From a virus (lineage: Duplodnaviria > Caudoviricetes): DNA of 51,336 bases. The stretch is from positions 1-51,336 of IMG/VR virus record IMGVR_UViG_3300027672_000019; one strand, written 5' to 3'. A program made the translations under genes and the position numbers. Of the stretch, positions 9,121 to 22,100 are shown one piece after another. Every line of letters starts with the position of its first letter. Within the stretch, counting starts at the first letter, position 1. The notes beneath the pieces were generated by a model. That model was not told the DNA's origin and made no database searches. It saw nothing but the letters and a program-made list of their open reading frames with translations.

Positions 9121-9561
9121 ATGAGCCAATTAGAAAAAAATCTATACAAAAGAGTTACAATATCCAATCCTAAACAGACAGCAACGTCTGGTAGAACATA
9201 CAGGGGTTTCTCTACAGTTGCAAATACTAAAACTTTTAGTATATATGACTTTGAACTTATTAAACAAGACTTAATAAATCACTTCCATATACGCCAAACT
9301 GAGAAATTAAGTGATCCTACATTTGGCACTATTATTTGGGATATTTTATATGAACCGTTTACTATCGAAGTGCAAGAAGCAATTATTGATGATGTTACTC
9401 GCATTGTTAACTATGATCCCAGAATACAAGCAAGTAATATTGAAATTGATACGTATGAGCAAGGAATACAAATTGATTGCGCTATAACGTTTTTACCCTT
9501 CGGTGTAACTGATCAGTTACGCTTCAGATTTGACAAAGATAACGGACTACTCCAGCAATAA
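9121..9561 (+). CDS. Baseplate wedge subunit, gp25-like
   Basis: YRGFST...LYD-like SIYDFELIKQDLINHFHIRQTEKLSDPTFGTIIWDILYEP...NYDPRI is the gp25/GPW family pattern. Lies between gp5 and gp6. Confidence 0.9.
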   Translation: MSQLEKNLYKRVTISNPKQTATSGRTYRGFSTVANTKTFSIYDFELIKQDLINHFHIRQTEKLSDPTFGTIIWDILYEPFTIEVQEAIIDDVTRIVNYDPRIQASNIEIDTYEQGIQIDCAITFLPFGVTDQLRFRFDKDNGLLQQ

Positions 9562-9590
9562 AAATTAAATACACACATTATCATTTCAGG

Positions 9591-9596
9591 TAAATA
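9591..9596 (+). promoter_or_regulatory. Putative late promoter (TAAATA)
   Basis: TAAATA upstream of the gp6 RBS (AAGGA), with a second copy at 9566-9571. Confidence 0.5.
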
Positions 9597-9619
9597 CATT
9601 AGTAAACAAGGAAAATGAT

Positions 9620-12600
9620 ATGTCTGCAAATGATCGACAGTCGAGGCTTTTAGTAGCTGAGGACTGGAAAAGAATATACCAAAGCTTTAGGAATGCTGAT
9701 TTCCAAAGCTACGATTTTGATAATCTAAGACGCACAATGATTAACTATTTGCGTCAAAACTATCCAGAAGATTTTAACGATTACATTGAATCGAGTGAAT
9801 ACCTTGCGCTAATTGATATGATTGCTTTCCTTGGGCAAAACTTATCATTCCGTATTGATTTAAACGCTCGTGAAAACTTCCTTGAAACAGCAGAACGCAG
9901 AGAAAGTGTATTACGTCTAGCACGTATGTTGTCTTACAATCCCCGCAGAAACCAAGCAGCTAACGGCTTGCTCAAATTTGACACAATTAAAACAACTGAA
10001 AATCTGTTAGATAGTAACGGGTTAAATATGGCAGGAATTACTGTTAAGTGGAATGACCAAACTAACACAAATTACTTTGAGCAGTTTGTTAAGATTATGA
10101 ATTCAGCATTACCGATATCTAATTCGATTGGTAATCCTTTAAAGTCTGCATTAATTGCAGATGTACAAACACAAAAATATCGCTTAAATGCTACAAATAC
10201 TGGCACAGCAATATATCCGTTTACTAAGCGTATTGAAGGTGTAAGCACGGGCTTTGAAATTGTAAGCACAGATATGTCAACAGACGAAATATTTGAAGAA
10301 GCACCGCTTCCAGGTAACAGTCCTGCATTTTTATTCCGTGATGACGGACAAGGCGCTGGCAGTGCTAACACTGGCTTCTTTATGCACTTCCGTCAAGGTA
10401 AGCTTGAAACAGGAAACTTTAGTGTAACTAACCCTACGCCGAATCAAGCAATTCAAATTGATTCTGAAAATATTAATGATACTGATGTTTGGGTATTTGC
10501 AGTAAACAGCAGCGGCTACGAAAGTAACCAGTGGACAAAAATAGATTCTACTGAAGGCAACAACGTTATCTACAATAGCTTGTTTAATAAAACTAGAGAT
10601 GTATTTGCAGTAACTACACGTATTGGCGACAGAATTAACTTAGTATTCAGTGACGGTGTATTTGGTAATTTACCGGCTGGTGATTTTAGAGCATATTATA
10701 GATCTAGTAGTAACGTGAGAAGTGTAATAACGCCTAGTGCAATTAATACAGTAAGTATTGATATACCTTATCAGTCAAGAAACGGTACAGCACAAACACT
10801 TACACTTGGACTTAAATTAAACTATACTGTGTCTAACGGCACATCATCAGAAACTAATGCAGAAATTAAGCAAAATGCACCTGCAACTTATTATACACAA
10901 AATAGATTAATTACTGGCGAAGATTATAATATTGGCCCGTTGGCAATTAGTCAAGACATTATTAAAACTAAAAGTTCAAATAGAATTTCAAGTGGTATAA
11001 GTCGATTCTTTGACTTAAAAGATGCAAGTGGTAAGTATTCAAATACAAGTTTGTTTGCAGATGACGGCGTAATTTATAAAGAAGAATTTGCCGAAAAACA
11101 ATCATTTACGTTTGCAACACAAACTGACATTGAAGGTGTTATATATAACACTATCGAAAAAGTTTTAAGTAATATTAACACCCAAAACTTCTACCTTGCA
11201 AAATACCCAAAAATTATTGTTAGTGATCTTAGTGCGTCTTGGAACCAATATAGCACTAGTACAAACCAAACATTAGGACTATTACAAGATATCGATGCAA
11301 ATCCTTATACAGTAGGTACGTTTACTGCAAACAGTTTACGTTTACTAGAAGCTGGAACAATGGTAAAGTTTGTTGCACCGACAGGCAAACATTTTATGGC
11401 CGACGGTACGTTAATGGACGACGGCGCAGCAGGAGACCACTTAGGTAAAACAAATTATAAATGGTCTAAAGTAATATCTATTATCGGAGACGGAACTACG
11501 TTAGATGCAGACGGAATTGCACCTATTGCACTAAGCGATTATATTCCAACTGGCGCTGTGTTAGAACAAGTTATTCCTAATTATTCTAAGGTACTAATTA
11601 ACGACATAAAAACACAATTAATTGATCAAGCGTTTGAGTACAAAGACTTTGCATTGCGTTACGACCAGTATGATAGACAGTGGAAAATTGTACTAGCAGA
11701 AGACATTAACACAATTGGCGCATTTGCAACAGGTAAAGCTGGGGATATAACAGCAGAAAATCTTGATGCAAGCTGGATGCTATACTTTAAAACAGACGGA
11801 GAAAAATATACAATTACATATCGTAATTTAAGATATGTAATAGAAAGTGCAGAGGAAATTAGATTCTTCTTTGATAGTGCTGATAAGATTTATGACCCAT
11901 CAACAGGGCAAATTGTTAGAGACAAGATTGATGTATTAAACATTAACAGACAGCCTGGCGCGCTAGTTCCATTTACTAGAGACTTTAATTGGACAATTAC
12001 TGACGCTTATAGAGACGCAGAAGGATACTTAGATAGTCGTAAAATTCAAATTCAATTTATTGACCTTGATGATGATGGTGTAGTTGATGATCCTGATATT
12101 TTTGAGCAAATAGTTGGCGAAGATAATACAGCAATACAAACTAAAGATAAATTAATATTCCAGAAGAAATATACAACAACAGATGCTGTGGAAGATTTTA
12201 AATATTTTGCAAACACAACTGCTGAAATAATTGTAGTACAGAATGAACCAGCTATTGCTCCGTATAGTACACGTCTTGAAGGACAAATATTTTACTTAAT
12301 TGACGAAGGCATTTTTAGAAAGCTTAATAAAGTACTAAACAACACACAAATTAATACAGATTATAAAGCATACTTTGGTCGCGCTGATTTAAAATTCCAT
12401 TACATCCATGTTGCAGATAGTGGATATAGAATAGATCCAAGTGCAAGTAATATTATTGATACATATGTTTTATCTAAAGCGTACGACACCCAGGTAAAAC
12501 AGTATATTAGTGGAGTACTTTTAACACAGCCTAAGCCGCCAAGTAATGATGAATTATTTAGAAGCTACGGAACTGAAATTAATAAAATAAAAAGTATTAG

Positions 12601-13153
12601 TGATGAAATAATTTATCATCCTGTAAAGTATAAAGTATTATTTGGTGACAAAGCAACACCTGATTTGCAAGTTAGATTTAAAATTGTTAAAAATGCAAAT
12701 ATAGTTATTAATGACAATGAACTTAAATCAGACATTATCGAAGCTATTAATAAATTCTTTGATATTGAAAATTGGGACTTTGGAGAAACATTTTACTTCC
12801 AAGAGCTTAGTGCTTATATTATAAATCAGCTGTCTCCTAAACTGGTAAGTATACTAATAGTACCGCGCCAAACTACACAATCGTTTGGTAGCCTATTTGA
12901 AATAAAAAGTGAGCCAGATGAAATATTTGCAAGTGCAGCTAAAGTGACTGATATTGAAACAATAGATCAGATTACTGCAACAAATTTACAAGCCAGTGGC
13001 ACAGTACTTAATACAGTGGCAACAGCTTCAACAGCAGGGATTACAAGCAGTGCATCAACAACTACAAGTACAACAACAACTACAGCTACAACAAGTAGTG
13101 GATCAAGTGGCAGTTCAAACAGCAGTTCTAACGGTGGAGGCTATAGTTACTAA
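9620..13153 (+). CDS. Baseplate wedge subunit, gp6-like (enlarged)
   Basis: YDFDNLRRTMINYL...FNDYIESSE...ARENFLETAERRESVLRLARMLSYNP; FSDGVFGNLP; EIKQNAPATYYTQNRLITGEDY. These are gp6/baseplate-J signatures. Ser/Thr-rich C-terminal tail. Confidence 0.9.
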   Translation: MSANDRQSRLLVAEDWKRIYQSFRNADFQSYDFDNLRRTMINYLRQNYPEDFNDYIESSEYLALIDMIAFLGQNLSFRIDLNARENFLETAERRESVLRLARMLSYNPRRNQAANGLLKFDTIKTTENLLDSNGLNMAGITVKWNDQTNTNYFEQFVKIMNSALPISNSIGNPLKSALIADVQTQKYRLNATNTGTAIYPFTKRIEGVSTGFEIVSTDMSTDEIFEEAPLPGNSPAFLFRDDGQGAGSANTGFFMHFRQGKLETGNFSVTNPTPNQAIQIDSENINDTDVWVFAVNSSGYESNQWTKIDSTEGNNVIYNSLFNKTRDVFAVTTRIGDRINLVFSDGVFGNLPAGDFRAYYRSSSNVRSVITPSAINTVSIDIPYQSRNGTAQTLTLGLKLNYTVSNGTSSETNAEIKQNAPATYYTQNRLITGEDYNIGPLAISQDIIKTKSSNRISSGISRFFDLKDASGKYSNTSLFADDGVIYKEEFAEKQSFTFATQTDIEGVIYNTIEKVLSNINTQNFYLAKYPKIIVSDLSASWNQYSTSTNQTLGLLQDIDANPYTVGTFTANSLRLLEAGTMVKFVAPTGKHFMADGTLMDDGAAGDHLGKTNYKWSKVISIIGDGTTLDADGIAPIALSDYIPTGAVLEQVIPNYSKVLINDIKTQLIDQAFEYKDFALRYDQYDRQWKIVLAEDINTIGAFATGKAGDITAENLDASWMLYFKTDGEKYTITYRNLRYVIESAEEIRFFFDSADKIYDPSTGQIVRDKIDVLNINRQPGALVPFTRDFNWTITDAYRDAEGYLDSRKIQIQFIDLDDDGVVDDPDIFEQIVGEDNTAIQTKDKLIFQKKYTTTDAVEDFKYFANTTAEIIVVQNEPAIAPYSTRLEGQIFYLIDEGIFRKLNKVLNNTQINTDYKAYFGRADLKFHYIHVADSGYRIDPSASNIIDTYVLSKAYDTQVKQYISGVLLTQPKPPSNDELFRSYGTEINKIKSISDEIIYHPVKYKVLFGDKATPDLQVRFKIVKNANIVINDNELKSDIIEAINKFFDIENWDFGETFYFQELSAYIINQLSPKLVSILIVPRQTTQSFGSLFEIKSEPDEIFASAAKVTDIETIDQITATNLQASGTVLNTVATASTAGITSSASTTTSTTTTTATTSSGSSGSSNSSSNGGGYSY

Positions 13154-16100
13154 TGGCTAAGAATGATCAAAACGAAAGCGCACTACCTGTTCCAGGACAG
13201 AATAATAAAATTACTGCAAGTGATTTTTTACCAAAGTTCTTTAGAACTCAAGCTAATAAAAAGTTTTTACAAGGCACACTTGATCAACTTATACAGCCTG
13301 GCGTTGCGGAAAAGGTAAATGGTTATTATGGCAGAACAACTGCTAAAGCATATAAAGTAACTGACAACTATATTGATGATGTAACTGCTGATAGAACTAA
13401 CTACCAGCTAGAACCTGCGACAGTTATTAAAGACAACTATGAAAATGTAACATTTTATAAAGACTATAATGACTACTTAGGCCAACTTAATGTATTTGGC
13501 GCAAACACAGATAATCACAGTCGTTTAAACAGTCAAGAAACATATGCTTGGAACCCAAATATTGATTGGGACAAATTTGTAAACTTCCGCGAGTACTACT
13601 GGATGCCAAATGGTCCACTTAGTGTACAAGTTAGAGGACAGAGCAGAGATGTTGTTAGCACATACACTGTAACTACTGAAGACCAAGGCGATAATATTGC
13701 TTACATATTCAACGATGGTTTAACAGTTAATCCAACGTTAAAACTTTACCGTGGACAAACATACCGTTTTGAAATAAACACTCCTGGACATCCGTTGTCA
13801 ATTGCCCTTAGTAGAACTTTTACTCCAGGCACGACTGTTGACACTAATGTTAGTACATTGTATACTGACGGTATAACAACGTTTGATAAAGACGGCAACG
13901 CTACAATGCTTAGTTATGTTGAAGAAGGAACAATTGAATTTACCATTCCATCAAACGCTCCTGATATACTATATTACATTAGTGAAAATTCTATTGATAC
14001 AAGTAGCTATATTAAAGTTTACGACATTGAAGAAAATGCATTCCTTAATGTTACAGCAGACATTATAGGTAAGAAAACGTATACTAGTGCAAACGGTGTT
14101 GCATTATCAAACGGAATGAAAGTTAAATTCCAAGGCGATGTACTACCTGCTATATACGAAACTAACGATTGGTACGTTGAAGGTGTAGGCGATAAAATTG
14201 TATTAATTAAAGACCAAAACTTAATTATTCCAGCTGCATACAGTGACAGTAAAAGTGTAGCGTTTGATGCTGATAACTTTGACATACTACCGTTTGCTGA
14301 TGCCACTGCATATGCAACAAATAAAGATTATATTGTTATCAACAGAAGTACTCCAGATAGAAATGCATGGAGTCGTTATAATAAATGGCACCACAAAGAT
14401 GTAATTTTAAAAAGTTTTGAACTTAATAAGTTACCAAGAGATGTTGATGAATCAGCCCGTGCATTACGCCCAATTATCGAGTTTGAAGCAGGACTAAAGT
14501 TAAACAACTTTGGAGCATATGCCAAACAGGATGTTGACTTAATTGATACATTTACTACAGATGTGTTTAGTACTATTGAAGGACAAATAGGGTATAACAT
14601 TGACGGCGTTGCACTTTCAGATAACATGCGTATTTTGTTTGCAGCAGATATTGATCCAAAAGTTAGCGGAAAAATATATAATGTTAAATTTGTTGAAATT
14701 GGAAATGTTAGGCAAATTAGTTTAATTGAAACTACTGATACATTACCTATTGATCTCGAAACAGTGCTAATTACACAAGGTGTAAAAAATGCAGGTAAAA
14801 GTTATCATTACCACGGAGCAAAGTGGACTGCCGCACAAGAAAAAACAACTCGCAACCAAACACCAAAGTTTGAAGTGTTTGATGTAAATGGTAATAGCTT
14901 TAGTGACACTACTTACTACGGATCGACTAGTTTTTCTGGCACTGAGATATTTTCTTACGCTACTGGCACAGGTACAGTTGACAAAGAATTAGGGTTTGCG
15001 CTTGACTATAAAACATTAAATAATACAGGCGATATTGTTTTTGATTTTAATCTTTTAAATGACACTTTCCACTATCAAACAGAAACTGACTTAATAACAC
15101 ATAAAATTAATAGTGGCTATTTAAAGAAATATAAATCACTTACTGCATTTTCTTATGTAAACGGATTTAGTAATACACCGTATCAAAGTAAGCAATATGT
15201 TATATCTGAATATGCTGCAACTGATTTACAGACTAATAAATTTGTAATTGATGTATATAAAGATTCTAGTAGTTTATCTGATTTACAGGTAATAGTATTT
15301 GTTAATAATAAATTACAAATAGCTGCAACATCATATACCCTTGACAAAACTGCTGCTAATGTATCTGTTCTATTTAATACAGATTTAAAAGAAGGCGATG
15401 TTGTCAAAATTAAAACAGACAGTAAAGCTATTAAAAATTCTAATGGATATTACGAGTTTCCGTATAACTTAGAACGAAATCCTTTGAACGATGATGTTAA
15501 TCAATTTACATTAGGCGAAGTAGTTGACCATGTCGACAGTATGCTAGAAGATATTCCAAACTATGATGGTGTATATCTTGGATCAAGTAACCTAAGAGAC
15601 TTAGGCGATTTAGATCGTTATGGCAAACGCTTTGTTAAACACAGCGGCCCAATCAACTTGCCGCTGTACCACGTAACTAATAAAAGTTATAATATTGTAA
15701 AGGCATTAAAATATTCTAAAAGAGAATATTCAAGATTTAAAAAGACATTTTTAGATACTGCTTTAAACTTAGGATACGATGGTCCAGTTAAAGGACACGT
15801 AGATAAAATATTAAAAGAAATTAATGCTGATAAGTTAACATCACAACCGTTTTACTTCTCTGATATGCTTCCATCAGGAGCAGCTAATAAACTAACGTAC
15901 ACTATATTAGATATTAGAACAACAGAATATCCAATTACTAATAATTTCAACTTAACTAGTCTTAGTACAGAAAGTGTAATTGTTTATTTAAACGGATTAC
16001 AATTAACACACGAAAAAGATTATAACTTTAATACTGCTGGATATATATCAGTAAGTTCAAACCAAAAAGAAAATGATTTACTTGAAATATACGAGTATGC

Positions 16101-19100
16101 ATTAACTGACGGAAGTTTTATTGCTCCAACGCCTACTAAGTTAGGATTGTATCCTAAGTATTATCCAGAACTAACAATTGACGACACTGTACTTGCAGAT
16201 GAACCAGAAACTACTGGTCCGTTTAAAGTATATGCTCAAGACGAAGCAACTGGCACTAGAGGTTGGTTCCATCCAGTGTATACTACCAAAATTGCGGCTG
16301 GCGCAGGTGCAACATCTAAGTCATATACGTTTAATGGAATGAATAAAATATTCTACATACCAACAACAGGTGCAACACTAGGCGGCAATGATAACGTTGA
16401 AATAGTTGATTACCCAATAGGCGTTGCTTTTATTAGAGGTCACGACGGCAGTTATATTAAAGCGTACAAAGATTTTAGAGACGAATTGCTACTTGAATTA
16501 GAAAAAAGAATTTTTAACAATATTAAAGCTGCCTATTCAACTGATAGATTAGATGTTAATGCTTTTATCGGTGGCGAGTTTAGAACTAACGAATTCACAA
16601 AATTTGAAATTGATACTACTATGCTTGGCGACTTCCAGCAATGGATACAGCAAAATTTAAATAATATTTCGTTTACTGATAATAATTTTTATGATAGAAC
16701 CAACAATTGGACATTTAACTATCAAGATACTACTTCTCCAGACGGTAATATAAATCCAGGACACTGGAGAGGCTTATATATACGAGCATTTGATACCGAT
16801 CGTCCTCACAGTCATCCTTGGGAGATGCTTGGTATAACAACTAAACCAAACTGGTGGAATACAGTGTATGGTCCAGCTCCTTATACAGGCGATAACTTAG
16901 TACTTTGGAAAGACTTAGAAAAAGGTCGTATTGCTGATCCTACTAATACTAAAATTGATCTTAAATATGCCCGCCCTGGATTAACTAGTTTTATTCCGGT
17001 TGATGGTATTGGTAAACTATTATCACCATTAGATAGCCGATATGCTAAGAACTTCCAAATACAAAGTGCAACACAAAACTTTAAGTTTGGTGACGCTGCT
17101 CCAGTTGAAAATGCATGGCGCAGGAATTCAGAATATCCTTTTGCAGTATTAACAGCTATGCTATTAAACAAACCTGCAAAAACAATGAGTTTAGGTTTTG
17201 ATGTTTCAAGAATAACTAAGAACTTAGCAAAGCAGTGGGTTAATACAGAAACAAACGCACCTATTGTTATTAAAGATTTAAAATTACCAAATACTATTAA
17301 ATCAGCAACACGTACTATTACTGCTGGATTAGTAAACTACATTTATAACTTAGTAGCAAGTGATATATTAACAGTATACACAGGATACCAAACTGAGTTA
17401 GCTACAATTAGTAACCAATTGGGTGTAAAAGTTGCAGGCTTTACAAGCAAACAAAAGTTTAATTTAATACTTGACAGTAGGTCACCAACTCAAGAACAAA
17501 CTCAAGGCGGAATTTTTGTTCCGCAAGAAAACTATCAAGTATTTCTAAATACTAGTAGCCCCACTGAGCTTGCAATTTATAGCGGCTTGGTTGTAGAACG
17601 AGCTGAACTAGGATATGTTCTAAGAGGATACAATTTAGAAAAGCCTTACTTTGAATATTATGAACCGCACATAGGATCTACTAAAGCAGTAGTAACGGTA
17701 GGCGGCATCTCGGAATCAGTAAATGAATGGTCTAGTAATACTTCTTATGTTAGTGGCGAAGTACTTTTAAACAATAGTGCTTATTATAGAGTTATTAACT
17801 CTTTTACATCCGGAGCATCTTTTGATCTTACTGATATTGTTAGGTTACCTGCTTTACCACTTGCTGGCGGAGTAACAGCAGAGTTTAAAAGAGACTTTGA
17901 CTTTGGCGAACTTAAAACATTACAGTATGGCGCCCGACTCAACACTGCTCAAGAAGTAGTTGACTTTATTTTAGGATATAGTCAACGCCAAGCACAGCTA
18001 GGCTTTAGTTTTGAAAATGTTATTAAAGGATCAAATGCAGTTGAAAACTGGGCAAGCTCTGCAAAAGAGTTTTTGTTCTGGACAACTCAAGGTTGGGCAA
18101 AGAGTGCGTTAATAGCATTAAGCCCAGGCGCAAACTTATTAGAATTTAAAAGAGAATATTATGTAGTTGATAATATTAAAGATGAGTTTTATGGTTATAA
18201 TATATTTAAAGCAGATGGACAGTTCCTAAGCTCTGAGTTTAACAGTTTATTAAGAGACCAAAATAGTTTTGGAATTCAAGTAGATGGAACTGACGAAGGA
18301 TTATATCATGTATCACTTCCGTTAGTACAAAAGGAACACGTTTTACTAATAGACAATAAAACAGATTTTAATGACAGCATCTACAATCCAAGTACAGGAT
18401 ATAGACAAGAGCGAATCCGTGTTAATGGTTACAGATCCGATGGTTGGAATGGCGGATTAAATATCCCTGGATTTATATATGATGATGCAAGCTTTACAGA
18501 TTGGGCCCAGTGGAAAGATTATAAGATCGGCGATATTGTAAAGTACAAGCAATATTACTATGTGGCAACAATAAATGCTACAGGGTCACAGAGCTTTAAT
18601 TCAACTAACTGGTATCAGTTAAGTGAAAAGCCTGAGTCACAGTTAATGACTAACTTTGATTACAAAATTACACAGTTTACAGACTTTTATGATTTAGATT
18701 CAGATAGCTTTGATATTGAACAACAGAAGATGGCACAGCATTTAATAGGTTATCAAAAGCGCCAGTACCTTGCTAACATTATTAATGATGATGTAAGTCA
18801 GTTTAAATTCTACAGAGGCGCAATTGCAGACAAAGGCACAATGAATGTGTTTACTAAACTGTTTGATGCACTAGGCAATACTGCTGATAACTTAGAATTT
18901 TACGAAGAATGGGCAATACAAGTTGGTCGTTATGGTGCAGTTGATGATGTACAGCAAGTAGAGTTTAACTTAAAGCAAGATAAAATGCAAGAGTCACCTC
19001 AGGCAATTGAATTGTTAAGCTCGTTACCAGCAACAAACTTTGATAAGATTTATAGAATACTTCCAAATGAAGTATACGATAAGCCAGAAGGATATACACA

Positions 19101-22100
19101 CTCACCGTTTCCTACCAAAACATTAGCTAATGAATATATTAGAACTGCTGGATATGTAAACGAAAATAGTGTTGACTTTGTTGTTAACAACATTATAGAT
19201 CTTGCGGCTATTGATAGTAACCAAATTTCTCTAGGAGCAACTATATGGGTAACTGATACTAGCACTACACAAGGCGGTATAATTAATCCTGTTGACTGGT
19301 CAGTATTACAGTTAATAAAAACTAAAGCTAACATAACATCAGCATTAACAGCTATAGCTAGAGTATCAGAAAGTGGACTACAGTTAGTAGAACTAACACT
19401 TGATAAATGGGCAGACCAAGTTTTAAGTGTAGGCGAGTATATTAGTGTACGCGGAGCAAATCAATATGCTCTTAATGGTATATATGAAGTAGATAGTATT
19501 AACTTAGATAAGATTCAAATCCAAGTTCCAATAACTAACGAAATAATAGACTTTGAAGAAGAATCATTTACACTATCAAAATTAAGAACAGTTAGAGTAC
19601 CAACTGTAGAATCACTAAATTCATTTATTAATCAAGAACTTTACAATAAACAAAAGTTATGGATTGATACATACGGTGCTGAGTGGGCAGTATTAGAAAA
19701 TAATCCTGTTTATTTAAATCAGCATACAATCACAAATCCAGCATTGTATGATAGTACTGATCAAGGATTTAGTGATAGTGTTGCAGTAACACAAAATAAT
19801 AATAATGTTTTTGTATCATCGCCTAACGATGTTAACGGCAAAGTATCAGTTTATAGAAGAACTAGAGAACAGTCTGAATTAATATTAGATCAAGAATTAT
19901 CACTTGACAACGATGACTTATATAGTAAGACAAATGCAGACTTTGGAAAAAGTATTGCAGTATCGCCAGATGGCGAATATCTTATTATAGGTGTCCCGCA
20001 AGCAAGTAGTGTTAAGACTAGATTAGCATATAAAACAGATGCAAATACAAGCCTAAGTACATTTGACTTTCAAAGCGATGCAACTTATGTTAAGAGTGAT
20101 ATTGTGCGCTATAGAGAGAGCTTGTGGAAAGCTAACAGAGAAATCCTTCCACAGATTGGAAGCCAAGGATTTAGTACGTTTGACACATATGTAAACATTG
20201 CAAGCCAAGCAGATGCTGATAGTACAACAATAAACTTGTTAGTTTCAGGAGATCCAGGATTACAAAATAACATAACAAACCACTTGTTAGTACGTGCTCC
20301 AAAAGATATGTACATTGGTACAAAGCCCGGAGATTTATTACGGTTAGCTTGGAACAGACGGAGTTATACATATCCTACATTAGCTAATTATCTTCCGTTT
20401 GATGGTGATATTTCTGAAATAACACCAGAATTCCTTGATGCAGAACATACTATTGTTGAAAAAATTGATCATGTATTTTTTGTTGAAGCTTTTATAACAT
20501 TGCCGACTGTAGGTAGTACAGTAACAACTGATACCGGTGCCGGCGTAGTATTTTATGTAGGCACTAGACTTGATAGTGCAGTAATATATATTAAAGATAC
20601 AAATGGCATATTTCCGTTAACTGGAACTTTATATGTAAATGGAGCAGACGTAGTTGGAGATTATACAGAACAAGCAACAGTTGCTACAACTAATGCAGTC
20701 GGCGGATATTGGTATATTAATACAGGATTTAATTATAATAATGATGGTACATATTATGATCAAGGTCGCGGACTAGTTTATGCTGATATTAAAGTATCCG
20801 GATCAGCCCGTGCATTAAATGTGTACTCTAACATTCAAGAGACAGTTGGAACAATCGGTGTATATGTAACTAAGAAAAACCAAGCTAGTTACATTGCTCA
20901 ATTATCTTATAGAGGTGACACTTCATTACAAGATGGAGCAGATGGTGCTGAACGTGATCTTCCGAGTAACAAGCTTGTTATCCGAGGAGCAAAGACATTT
21001 ACAGATACATTAACAATAAGTGACGTACAGGAATTCCGTTTATACAATCTTGACAACAGAGTTATTGATCTTGCAAGTGCAGGACTTACATACGATATCC
21101 TAAACAAATCACAAACAATTGTTGATTTATGGGATGGATATATTGATTTTAAATTAACTGAGTTTGACTTCCAAGGATTTGCATTTGAACCACAGGTTGG
21201 TGACATAATTGAAGATGTACAAATCCCACGAGATGGCCAAGGCGGACTTGCAGTAACTAGTATTACAACTAGTAGTGCTGAAGTTGTGTTTGTACAACGT
21301 AACTTTACTGATGTTAAAGTATATCTAAAAATTGTTGCAAATACAGATGGCACTACTGGAGATTGGACCGAACTATCAAATATTGGACGCTTTGGAATTT
21401 CACGTAGAGCAAACGTTGCACTACGAGGAGCAGCTGATGTTAAGCGTACTATTGGCACAATAACAGATGTAAACAATAGTATTGCATTAGGCACTACACT
21501 AATTGGTAAGTTAATTGTACTAGAACATTCATCTAACTTTGATATTAGTGCTTCGCCAACAATAGTTGACGAAGAGTATTGGTTCTTTGGTGAAACTACT
21601 GAATCTGGTATTTCTAGATTGCCTAATCCTCCGTTTAGCTTAAACAAAGATTATACACAAGTTTATAATATTCCAGCAGATGCAACTGGCACTGCGCAAA
21701 CATTTGCTAACGAAGGCGCGTATGTAATCTATAGAAAATTAGATAACGGCAGCTATAGATACCAAACTACAATAATATCAGAACATAGAGCAGCAAATAG
21801 AAACTTTGGCTCTCAAGTTGCAATAGTACAAACTGGCGACTACTATACATTACTAGTAGCTAGTAATGGTGTTACCGCAGCTGGAGAGTCATTTGATAAT
21901 ACCGGCAGACGAACAGACCCTGGATCAATTGAAATATTCCGTCATGGTACTAAAGCAACTGACAGTTTCAAAGGTGAATATAAACTAACAGCATTTGAAA
22001 TAGGAGATATTGTAACATATAAAGACGGATATTATATTTGCCTTAAAGCAACAACAGTTTCTGATAATTTTATTACTGATCCAATTTATTGGAGTAATAT

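Noticed and set aside
1326-13153. Bacterial T6SS, eCIS or tailocin locus
   Set aside because: The adjacent gp55-like sigma and gp47-like nuclease, T4-type late motifs and large-myophage gp6/gp7/fibre genes indicate a lytic phage. No TssJLM, ClpV or Afp15-like genes are present.
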